Source of the DNA: Adineta vaga
Taxonomy: Eukaryota > Animalia > Rotifera
DNA length: 64,000 bases
NCBI GenBank assembly: GCA_021613535.1
Contig: CP075494.1
Span: 6,882,001 to 6,946,000, forward strand
Reading direction: 5' to 3'
Part shown: positions 1-11,082 of the stretch, in pieces
Numbering within the stretch: the stretch's first letter is position 1
How the letters are laid out: each line of letters begins with the position of its first letter
Made by a program: the position numbers and the translations under genes
The notes under the pieces: model-generated
What the model was told of the DNA's origin: nothing
The model's database searches: none
The model's input: only the letters and a program-made list of their open reading frames with translations

Positions 1-1113
1 ATTGTTGAAACTGGTAAGTATCATTTTCCTCCCCTTTTCACACTCAATTTACTTTTTTGTTTTGCAGGTGATGAAGATAATTTATCTTCCTTATCGACTA
101 TGACTGTTCGCACTGAAAATCCTACTACAACAAGTGGAATTCTTCGTTCGAAAGATTTACGATCTGTCATTGAAACAAAACGTCGAAATTTTTCTCGAAG
201 TTATTCAAGTTCCGATAGTGAAGATAATAATAGCATCTATGAAGTTGCTCGTACAGCGAATCGAAAAAATACTCGTTCACGAAATTCTCTACAAGAATCG
301 GATTCAATAATTAATTCTCGTGAAAGATCATTTAGTAATATTGAACATGTTCCAAATGAGAATCCATCGAATTATAATCAACAACAAATCATTTCTACGA
401 ATAGTAATGATTATCTCAAACGAAAAAGTTTTTCACGTGCAAGTTCATCATTTTCAACGAATCGTTTATTATCAACGAATACAAATGATGATATCAATTC
501 CGATATATTAGTTACGAGTGGTTCTATAATTACGAATGATCGATCACGTAGTTTATCTGTTGATCATCGACTTGCAAATCATTCACAATTTTCTATTGCT
601 TCACGAATATCAATACGATATTCTACACCACGTGAATCAACAGTATTTACAAAAACGGAAGCACCAATGATCGTACGTTTATTACAACAAAGTCATCATC
701 AAGATTCAAATGATGCAATCAAAACAATTATTGAACATCAACGTTCACAATCGATATCAATCAGTCAAGAAAATCAACAAACACCCGTTATTATTGAAGA
801 AGATACGTTGCCATTATCGCCTCTAATATCAAGAAAATCGAATCGAAGTTTAAAATCTCCTATTATAAAAAAGATAAGTAATGGTGTTTCAAAATCCAAT
901 ATCATCGCTCCTACAATAGAACGTATTAATGTCAGTAATGCTCATGAAATATCTACATCATCTCAACAACATTCCGTTCTTTCGACATTGAAATATTCCT
1001 TGATTAAACATCAACAACAACGAAAAATTCCCGTTGAAGATGCATCGAATACGAACGAGAAAAAAGTGAAACATTCTCGAAGTCGATATCGAGCATGTTG
1101 TACGATATCGTGA
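1..1113 (+). CDS. 3' part of a gene encoding a Ser/Arg-rich protein ending in a polybasic tract plus CaaX box (RACCTIS*); 5' end outside window
   Basis: GT-AG intron 14-67 joins IVETG|DEDNLSSLST in frame to the ORF 100-1113. The C-terminus KKVKHSRSRYRACCTIS is a prenylation-type signal. Family not identifiable from this part. Confidence 0.75.
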   Translation: MVETGKYHFPPLFTLNLLFCFAGDEDNLSSLSTMTVRTENPTTTSGILRSKDLRSVIETKRRNFSRSYSSSDSEDNNSIYEVARTANRKNTRSRNSLQESDSIINSRERSFSNIEHVPNENPSNYNQQQIISTNSNDYLKRKSFSRASSSFSTNRLLSTNTNDDINSDILVTSGSIITNDRSRSLSVDHRLANHSQFSIASRISIRYSTPRESTVFTKTEAPMIVRLLQQSHHQDSNDAIKTIIEHQRSQSISISQENQQTPVIIEEDTLPLSPLISRKSNRSLKSPIIKKISNGVSKSNIIAPTIERINVSNAHEISTSSQQHSVLSTLKYSLIKHQQQRKIPVEDASNTNEKKVKHSRSRYRACCTIS

Positions 1114-2137
1114 AGGAAATAATTTCTCTTTTTTTAACCCGTGTGAATTTGATTTTCTTTGTGAATATTCTTAACAATCTCTCTCTCTCTCTCTTTAATT
1201 TTAAATCAATGTTTCTATTTAATCTATCCTTTATTGTGAACCAGTAACTCGAAGAGCAAACATACTAAAGCAATTCTATTTTGTGTGTATATAAATTAGA
1301 AAAGAATCTTTTTCGTTGTTTTATTTTTTCTTCTAAATAAACTTTGCTGGTCAAAGATATTTCATGATGAGTTTTTCATGGATGAGTAACTTTGCTTTTT
1401 CTCTATATGAACAAGACCTTCGAATGAATAACAAATCTTGTTCAAGGTTAAATTCATCATTTCTTTAGTTGATTGATAAGCTGATTTTATTAAATTATCG
1501 AGAACGACATCCGTCTGAACAACGATTATACAATGGAACTTTGTTTTATCTTTCTAAGAATAGATTTTTAGTTGTTAATCGAATTTCATGTATGCTCAAA
1601 TCAATATTCGACATTAGATGTGTCAAATTACATAAAAATTTGTTGTCGTCGAATACGCTTGATTGTTTTTCTCCTCTTCTTACTGATATGATTAAAAATC
1701 TCCTGTTTTTTTTTATCGATCAATATTTGATCATTTAGCAGATAAGAATTCGACAAAACAAACAACATACCAATCAATAATGCATAATATTTTCTTTTAT
1801 CCGATAGAATAAGAAGACAATATTATCTACGATTTTGTTCGATTGCTTCTTTTTTTCAAAAGATTTTCTTTATCCGCTGAGGATCAAAAGGTTTTTTTTG
1901 TTTGTCTCATCGTTCTATTTTTCAATCCATTTCGATAATGATTATGAAACGAAAAAGAAACTATTTTTTTTGTATCCAAAAAACAAACATTGAAAGAGAT
2001 TTTAATCATGACAAACACCCCTCTCAACATATGTCAATAGAAGAAAGTATTTCTGTTGACGACAAACACAATAGTTTCAACTGAAACGTTCGCATTTGTT
2101 TCGTTTTTTTTTCACTCAACTGTTGTTGTTGTTTAAC

Positions 2138-2594
2138 ATGGCCTCACGAAATGATTCGCGATATTCATCTGAACTAAATTATAATTCAGAATACGCCAAT
2201 AGCTATCAGCAACCCGATGGTGGTTATCAATACAACCCATGGGATTTCGAAAATCCTTGGGCACATGGTTTATTTAATTGTACAGATAATTGTGAGGAAT
2301 CATGTTACGGTACTTGGTGTTTTCCTTGTTTTGTATGTCATCTTGCATGGCGTATGGATGAATCATGTTGGATAACTTTCTGTCTACCCGGACATTTGGC
2401 TGTTCTACGAACAAAAATGCGTACTGCTTTTCGTATCAATGTAAGATGAATTTGAAGGAGAAAAGAAAATGAAAGATTTTATTGATTTTTTTCAGGGCAC
2501 TTATTTTTCTGACTGTTATACATCAACGTGTTGTCCGTGTTGTACAGCAGTTCAAATGGCTGGTGAATTAAGTTTTCGACGAGTCATGAGTTGA
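2138..2594 (+). CDS. PLAC8/cornifelin-family Cys-rich protein (exons 2138-2440, 2496-2594)
   Basis: WAHGLFNC...CYGTWCFPC...LRTKMRTAFRING...DC...CCPCCTAVQM is the PLAC8 domain pattern; phase-0 intron 2441-2495. Confidence 0.9.
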
Positions 2595-3645
2595 TCTTAC
2601 TTTTTTCTAAAAATTTTCTTCATAAAGACTTGTCTGATTGAAATATAATGCTTGAAGATAATTATCTATCTATAAATCTTCGATATTTTTTTCTTTGATC
2701 TACAGTTTCATACTGAAAAAACAATGAAGAATTTTTCTATAAATCGTTTTACATACACATGTCTATAGGCAAATGTGCGAGTGAAATATATGAATGGCGA
2801 TGTTGATAGTAGAAATGATTGAATTTCTTCTTTCTTTCTTTTCTTATGTCAAATATTTATGAACGTCGGGAGAGAATACGAAGAAAATGACTTTTCTACT
2901 ATCGCTTTTATACTTCGACTTGTGATACATATATATATTTATAGAAATCTATCGAACTACATGAAGATAACTGATGATTATTGCTATTCAATAATAATAG
3001 AATGTACAAAGAACAAAAAGATTTATTATTTTAGTCGAAATCCTGTCTATGCATTAGGAATTTCTTTCTTTCTTTTTCTTGGCAAACAAGACGTTGATTG
3101 AGAGTTTTACTTCAAAGCAATACTATTAAGGTTCATTTTCCAGCAAACTGAACGTATTATTATTATCGGTTAAACCTAGTAGAATATTTCATTAGTCATC
3201 TGACGTACGAACGAATAAATCATTAATATTTCCCACTGCAAAGAAAGACGACGACGACGAAGAAGAAGAAGAAGAGAACTAAATAAATGAAGTTAGTTAT
3301 ATTAAAAGGTTGTTCTAGTAAGAAAAAAGCTTAATAGTGACGTTTATTTCTTCTTGTCAATAGCTATACGTCCCTAAGGTCTTGCCAGTAGAAAATGAAA
3401 ATGCAAGAGATAAAGATTCGTAAAAAGGGAAAAAACAATGAGAGTAAGAGACCCATACGAAAGAATGTTTCTGCAAAGTCAAGAAAACTCAGCACGATAA
3501 AGAAAGAAGAAGAAAAAAGAAATCATTGTGGCATGAATTTCCTTCTCTCTCTCTCTTTCTTTCAATCAGTCTCTCGACGTCTTTTTTCCCCTGTTTTTGC
3601 CTGTCGTTCACTACAGTTTGTTAAATTCCGACTAGATCAAACTCA

Positions 3646-4379
3646 ATGGCGTCTCCAATTGACAATTTTAAAACGAGTCTTTTTGGGCAATTAAAAACAC
3701 TGGGTAATGGTGTTCAAGGTGCTTTTGAACAACGTATTGGTAAGTTCTGATTTTTTAGCAAAGGAAAAACCACAAGAATTCTTGTTTAGCACGTCCATTA
3801 ATTGCATTGAAACGTGATCTTGCTCGTTCGTCATCTAAACGTCGTACTTCATCGGATCAAGACCCAATTTCATCTTCGCAACAAACTTCATTTGTATCAC
3901 ATCAGGAATCATCATTATCGTCATCGCCACTCGAAATTATTGATTTTCAAGCAAATATTGATAAAATTCAAATCACACCAAAAGTTTCCGATGATTCATC
4001 TTCAACTAGAAATTCATTATCTCATCATAAAAATGTATCATTTGTGGATCATAATCGAGCAGAAAAAGATATTCGAGAAACAATTGATAATCTTATGAAA
4101 ACAGAAAGTTATAAAGAAGCAACAAATCACATAGATAAATGTACAGTTTCTAACGATTTTGAAAGTGATTTCCATCGACATTTTCAACAAATGATCAAAC
4201 CACGTCGAATTTCACTTGGTAACAGTAAAGATTTAGTTTACCAAGATTTATCAGCTGAAATCGTTGGTTATGTATTAAAACATGCTCTGCGATCGATTGA
4301 AAAAGAAGATGAAGAATTTTTCTTGTCTCATTGTCCAACAGTTAATCAGCAAGATGGAGATATTATTGACTTAAAATAA
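3646..4379 (+). CDS. Uncharacterised protein (exons 3646-3739, 3790-4379)
   Basis: ATG 3646 (MASPIDNFKTSLFGQLK...); GTAAGT...TTTAG intron 3740-3789 joins in frame to ORF 3807-4379. Confidence 0.7.
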
Positions 4380-4665
4380 CAATTATATGCTTGTGTGCTT
4401 TTCTATTTTGTTTGATTTGTCTACATATTTTATTACTAATTCTATATAATTGACACTCAATGCAGAACTGTGGAATTAATAAACAAAAACAAAGTATTTT
4501 ATAGGGCATTTTCTTGCTCTCTCTCTGTCTCTGAAATCTACATACAATGGAGCATAACAATGTCTTCTTAAAGTGTAGATCTCGTGCTGCTGATAATCTA
4601 ATTAGTTATTGAAGATTTATATTTATTCGAAAGGAAATAAATCATAAAACAAAAACTTTCCAAGT

Positions 4666-5948
4666 TTATTGTATAGGATGATACTTTTGCATGACATTAA
4701 TTAAATCTTCATAGATAACTTTATTAGCCGATACAGCCCAAACAAAATCGAAATGATTGTAATGTGGAACATATTTTTCGTAGACTAAACTTTGAATATT
4801 ATCAAAAACATAAGTAACATCAGTTGGATCAGCAAGCCAATCTTCACCTGCCCAGAATACTGCTGTTGGAACTTTCATTGAACGAATTGAATACATTGGT
4901 GGTATCGTTTGATTATAATGTAATTGATTTTCTTCTGGTGTATGATAGTTATAAGCTTGGAATCGATTTGATCTACCACATTGCATGAAATGAATCATAT
5001 TTTTTACAGATGTTCCAGAGGGTCCATGTGATGTATAAACAGGAATACGTGAAGCATTCAAATTCTTTTTATCTGGTCCACCAACAATGAACAACATATT
5101 TTCACACATCAATCGATCAATAAAAAACTCGCCACAAGCATATTTTCCAAGCCATTTGAGAATATTCGATGCAGGAAGAAATTCATTTCGACCAAATAAT
5201 TTATGCCAATAGCGTTCTAGTTGTTTACTATCGGTATCCAGATATTTCAAGGGTGTGCGTTGATGTCCAATTTGAGCAATCGGTGCTAGTGATGCATAGA
5301 AACTTACATTATTTTGAACAGGATTATTGAGATTTCCAAATTCAGCGAAAGCAATTAGTGTTCCTTGTGAATGTCCTATGTAACCAATTTGTATATGTTT
5401 AGTTGCATTGAGTATGTAATAAATCATTGATGGAAGATCGTCTCTTGCCATATCATCCCAACTAAAATCCCAAAAAGCTTCATCACGATTTGGATTGTAT
5501 TTAACATGAGCACGAGAATAACGATTTCCACGCATATTACCAAGCCAAACATCATAGCCCATATCTGCAAGAATAAAAGCAAGACTTTGTTCAGGAAAAT
5601 TCAATACCCATGTCGTAGCAGCATCAAGAAGACCATGTTGTAAGAGAACAGGCCGTCCTAACGAAGTTGATGATGAACCATTTCTACCGTATGGAATACG
5701 AAAAACACCCAAAATATAACCATCGTTCGTAATTACTTTATGTTCTTCGCATTTGTATCCTTTACTTTGAATTAATTGAGTAATATTCAAATCACAATCC
5801 GGATCAGTCTTGTGTATTTGTGATGCTGTTATCGTAAAGCATAATAAAACGATTAGAAAATGAATAATATCTACAATAAAAAATAATACGCAGAATTATT
5901 TTTCGATCGAAATTTCGACAACGATAAAATATACACACCTAAATTCAT
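4666..5948 (-). CDS. Lysosomal acid/gastric lipase-like AB-hydrolase, copy 1
   Basis: QHGLL, DVWLGNMRGN, GHSQG, DWLAD and YNHFDF motifs. A 10-nt first exon (5939-5948) and intron 5871-5938 give signal peptide MNLDIIHFLIVLLCFTITAS. Confidence 0.93.
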
Positions 5949-6280
5949 GTCACATGCAAATTCTTGTTTTGACTTGTCTTAAAATAGAACAGAATGATAA
6001 TAGCTGATAAACGTCTATGTTATCTTTATTTAATATGAATACTTTTTGAGTGATGAAAAAAGATAGTATTTAGAAGTATTTTTTTGAACTTTCGATATTA
6101 ACAAAAGAAAATCCTCTCATTTAGTTTTCGTTGAAATAAAAATTCAGCCTTGTAGTTTTCAGAGAATTTATCTTCATTATTACAACGAATAAATTCGAAT
6201 AAAATATGTGACAATTATTTATTAATAAATATTATTAATTAAAAAAAATCCAGTAGATGATTGAATAGTCAATAGGATAC

Positions 6281-7498
6281 TTAATTAGGTGGATGATATT
6301 TTTCCATAATATTAAGTAAATCAGCATAAATAAGTTTATTGGCCGATAAAGCCCATACGAAATCTACATGATTATAATCTGGAATATATTTTTTATAAAC
6401 AAGATTTTGAACATTATTCAGAATATAATTGAGATCTTCTGGATCAGCAAGCCAATCTTCACCACCAGAGAATATAGCTGTCGGTACTTTTATTGAACGA
6501 ATCGAATATGCTGGTGGTGTTGTTTGATTATAATGTTGTCGATTTTTATCAGGTGAACCGTAATCGTATGCTTGAAATGTATTACTTTGTACACCTTGTG
6601 CAAAATGAATCATATTCTTTACTGATGTACCATCAGGTTCATGTGATGCATAAACTTGAATACGTGTTTCATTTAAATTCTTCTTCTCAGGTCCAAAAAG
6701 AACAAAGAACAAATTTTCACATACTACTCGATCAATGATAATTTCACCACATGCAAATGTACCAAGCCATTTGGTAATATAATTAGATGGAAGAAATTCA
6801 TTACGTCCAAATAGTAAATGCCAATAAAGTTCGATATCTTTCATGATTGTTGCTGACGAAAGATATCGAATTGGTGATTTGATATGTCCAACGTGTGCTA
6901 CGGGTGCTAATGCTCCCCAGAAACTAACGTTATTTTGTACAACACTATTTGGATTACCGAATTCAGCAAAGGCAATCATTGTACCTTGTGAATGACCGAC
7001 ATAACCAATTTGTGTATGTTTCGTTGCATTGAGTATGTAATAAATCATTGATGGAAGATCATCTCTTGCCATATCATCCCAACTAAAATCCCAGAATTCT
7101 TCATCATGATTTGGATTGTATTTAACATGAGCACGAGAATAGTAATTGCCACGCATATTACCAAGCCAAACATCATAGCCAGCATCAGCTAGAATGTAAC
7201 CAAGACTTTGTTCAGGAAAATTCATTACCCATGTTGTTGCTGAATCAAGAAGACCATGCTGTAAGAGAACTGGTCGACCAGATGTTGTTGATTTTCGACC
7301 GTATGGAATACGAAATACACCAAGTATAAAACCATCTTTTGTAACGACTTTATGTTCTTCACATGGATAACCTTTACTTCTAATGATTTCAGTGATATTA
7401 TAATTACAATCCGGATCAGGTTGTTGAACCCGTGATAAAGTCATGGCATGACTGAATGAGCATATAAGAAGTAATGTTAAAAGAGATTTGTTCAACAT
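6281..7498 (-). CDS. Lysosomal acid/gastric lipase-like AB-hydrolase, copy 2 (intronless CDS)
   Basis: Signal peptide MLNKSLLTLLLICSFSHA; intact Ser-Asp-His triad (GHSQG, DWLAD, YNHVDF). Confidence 0.93.
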   Translation of the reverse strand: MLNKSLLTLLLICSFSHAMTLSRVQQPDPDCNYNITEIIRSKGYPCEEHKVVTKDGFILGVFRIPYGRKSTTSGRPVLLQHGLLDSATTWVMNFPEQSLGYILADAGYDVWLGNMRGNYYSRAHVKYNPNHDEEFWDFSWDDMARDDLPSMIYYILNATKHTQIGYVGHSQGTMIAFAEFGNPNSVVQNNVSFWGALAPVAHVGHIKSPIRYLSSATIMKDIELYWHLLFGRNEFLPSNYITKWLGTFACGEIIIDRVVCENLFFVLFGPEKKNLNETRIQVYASHEPDGTSVKNMIHFAQGVQSNTFQAYDYGSPDKNRQHYNQTTPPAYSIRSIKVPTAIFSGGEDWLADPEDLNYILNNVQNLVYKKYIPDYNHVDFVWALSANKLIYADLLNIMEKYHPPN

Positions 7499-7803
7499 TA
7501 TTGCAAATTGTTCCTTCTCTATAATCACCACAATCGACAAACACCGTATGAATATGAAATCTTATTTTTGTCAACTGTTAGATAATGGAAAATTAACAAA
7601 GTAGATAAAAACGTAGACCTGTGTTATCAGTTTTCTTTTGTTATTTAATGTAAATCTAGGACTCCGCTATGGAGTTGCTCGAGATTATTTTACTATCGTC
7701 ATTGTCTTGTGACAAACTGAGATATAAATATTTTACATTCTAATCTTAAGACCGGTGGTTTATTTATTTACGATGAACATTAGAATAAACTTTACTGAGA
7801 AAA

Positions 7804-9073
7804 TTATCTCGCTGGATGATATTTTTTCATTCGGTCAATTAAATCTACATAAATCATTTTATTTGCTGTCATTGCCCATACAAAATCTAAATGATTATAA
7901 CCAGGAAGATATCTTTCATAGATCAAATTTTCCACATTATCAAAAATAAAACTCATATCTTCAGGATCTGCAAGCCAATCATCGGGTGACCAAAATATCG
8001 CTGTTGGTATCTTCATTGGTCGAATTGTATATATCGGTGGAATTGTTTGATTATAATGTTGTTGATTTTTATCAGCTGAACCGTAATCATATGCTTGAAA
8101 TTGATTAGAATTGAACATCTGAGCAAAATGAATCAGATTTTTCACCGAAGTACCATCGGGTTCATGAGATATATAGACTTCCATTCGAGTATTATTCATA
8201 TTTTTCTTATCTGGTCCACAAATGAGAAATAGAATATTTTCACAAACTAACGGATCCAATATAACACTTCCGCAGGCATGTGTTGCCAACCATTTGATAA
8301 TATTTGACGAGGGTAAAAACTCTTTATAACCAAATAAGAGGTGAAACATATGTTCAGGATCTTTAGAAAGCATCGATAAATACTTCAATGGAGATTTCAT
8401 ATGTCCAACATGTGCTACAGGAGCTAATCCAGCATAAAAACTAACATTTTGTTGCAGATTATTATTGGCATTTCCAAACTGAGCTAATGCAATCAAAGTT
8501 CCTTGTGAATGACCGACATAACTAATTTGTGTATGTTTCGTTGCATTAAGTATGTAATAAATCATTGATGGAAGATCATCTCTTGCCATATCATCCCAAC
8601 TAAAATCCCAGAACTCTAAATCTCGATCAGGATTGTATTTAACATGAGCACGAGAATAATAGTTTCCACGCACATTACCAAGCCAAACGTCATAGCCAAC
8701 ATCTGCAAGCATAAAACCAAGACTTTGCTCAGGAAAGTTCATTACCCACGTCACTGCAGCATCGAGAAGACCATGTTGTAAGAGAACAGGTCGTCCTAAC
8801 GAAGTTGATGATGAACCATTTCTACCGTATGGAATACGAAAAACACCAAGAATGTAACCATCTTCCGTAATTACTTTATGTTCTTCACATGGATAGCCTT
8901 TACTTTGTATCAATTGAGTAATATTCAAATCACAATCAGGATCATGTTTTCTTATAGGTGTCGATAATGTTAATGTTGAATATAAGATCAAAATGAGAAG
9001 AGTACTCGACAAATCTATCTTGTGACAAAAAGTAAAAATTTCTGAATAATCCAAAATACTTACATAACAACAT
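7804..9073 (-). CDS. Lysosomal acid/gastric lipase-like AB-hydrolase, copy 3
   Basis: 10-nt first exon 9064-9073 and intron 9015-9063 give MLLYLSSTLLILILYS; triad GHSQG, DWLAD, YNHLDF. Confidence 0.93.
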
Positions 9074-9330
9074 TTCTTTGACAATATCTGTTTCTTGTCT
9101 ATGTTATCGCAAAAACTAAAAGATAGTTATTATATACATGTTTCTTTTAACCAGTACGTGTCTTTTGTTTTATCTTAGCATTATATGGTGTGATCGAAAA
9201 GATAAATACAATGAGTAAGTAGTTTGATAATTATCCTTAAAGAATACATCTATTGAGATTACTCTTCAATATATACATATAAGATTCTTTCGAAATTATC
9301 AAAAATAAAATATATAAAAACAAGAAAGAG

Positions 9331-10612
9331 TCAATAAGGTGGATGATATTTTTCCATAACATTTAGTAGATCAGTATAAATAATTTTATTAGCTGATAAA
9401 GCCCAAACAAAATCGAGATGATTGTATTCTGGAATGTATTTATCATAGACTAGATTTTGTAAATTATTTAGAATGTAATTAACATCAACTGCATCAGCAA
9501 GCCAATCTTTACCAGACCAGAAGATTGCTGTTGGAATATTTGATCCGGAAATATTGTATTCTGGTGGCGTTGTTTGATTGTAATGTAATTGATTTTTTTG
9601 TGGTGAACCATAATCATATGCTCGAAAGGTATTACTTTGTACACCTTGTGCAAAATGAATCATATTCTTTACTGATGTACCATCAGGTTCATGTGATATG
9701 TAAACGGGAAGTCGTGTATTGTTCATATTTTCCTTTTCTGGTCCACATAAGATAAATAAAATATTTTGACAAAGTAAATGATCAAGAATAACTTCACCAC
9801 ATGCAAATGTACCAAGCCATTTGATGATATAATTAGATGGAAGAAATTCATTACGTCCAAATAGTAAATGCCAATAAAGTTCTAGTTCCTTGGATGTTGA
9901 TGATAAATATCGAATCGGTGATTTAATGTGCCCTAAATGAGCTACAGGAGCCAAAGCTGCATAAAAACTAACATTATTTCGTACAGTACTCTTCTTATTA
10001 CCAAATTCAGCAAAGGCAATCATTGTACCTTGTGAATGACCGACATAACCAATTTGTGTATGTTTCGTTGCATTGAGAATATAGTTAACCATTGATGGAA
10101 GATCATCTCTTGCCATATCATCCCAACTAAAATCCCAGAATGCTGGATCATGGTTTGGATTGTATTTAACATGAGCACGAGAATAATGTTTCCACGCATA
10201 TTACCAAGCCAAACATCATAGCCAGCGTCAGCAAGTATAAAAGCAAGACTTTGTTCAGGAAAGTTCATTACCCACGTCACTGCAGCATCGAGAAGACCAT
10301 GTTGTAAGAGAACAGGCCGTCCCAACGAAGTTGATGATGAACCATTTCTACCGTATGGAATACGAAAAACACCAAGAATGTAACCATCTTCCGTAATTAC
10401 TTTATGTTCTTCACATGGATAGCCTTTACTTTGAATTAATTGAGTAATATTCAAATCACAATCAGGATCATGTTTTTGTACTTGTGCAATAGTTACCGAA
10501 GAAACGATTAAATATATGAGAAGAGAATAGAAAGCACCTAAAGCAATAAACAAAAATGAAATCAGGTGTTTTTCACTTTAAATGTGTTTGCAGGACACCT
10601 ACCGAGTATCAT
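9331..10612 (-). CDS. Acid lipase copy 4, split by a 1-nt deletion at about 10187/10188 (sequence error or young pseudogene)
   Basis: First exon 10603-10612, intron 10538-10602. ORFs 10020-10553 and 9331-10116 are two halves of one lipase. Copy 3 reads cgagaataatAgtttcc where this copy reads cgagaataat-gtttcc. Confidence 0.88.
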
Positions 10613-11082
10613 CGCGAACATTTTAATTTCTGTTTTTTTATTATCTCGACATACGCCGGATGAATAATAGCTTTGAGAATCTGTCTTTTCTTCTGTTTCA
10701 AATATAGAACAGACGAAAATAATATCAAATAACCTGTCAATACAGTATATTTTATCATTTTTCGAAGTTGAAAAAGTTTGTATAATTTGATGAACTCAAT
10801 GTCCTATTGGAATTGAACCATTGCACCTCCTCGCTAGTATAGATGTCGTTAAGAGAACTATGGTCATGATTGGTGGTAGAGTTCATGTGAAGTATCGATT
10901 GATTGATTTTATAAGAAAAGAAAAAAAATCTAGAGGGAGCTCTCTTTCTCCTGTATCGATAATATTATTAGTAATTAACGGTAAACTGATGTAAAAATTA
11001 ATTAAAATGCAATAAATATCCATAATAAGTATGTCAAATGAACATCTAAATATTTTTCAAATTTTTTTTGCCTTCATTCTAG

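Noticed and set aside
7668-7682. ATGGAGTTGCTC resembling part of miR-281
   Set aside because: The seed end does not match and there is no convincing precursor hairpin.
6493-9755. Similar + strand ORFs 6493-6738 and 9525-9755 suggesting a conserved antisense gene family
   Set aside because: They are shadows of near-identical lipase coding blocks on the - strand.
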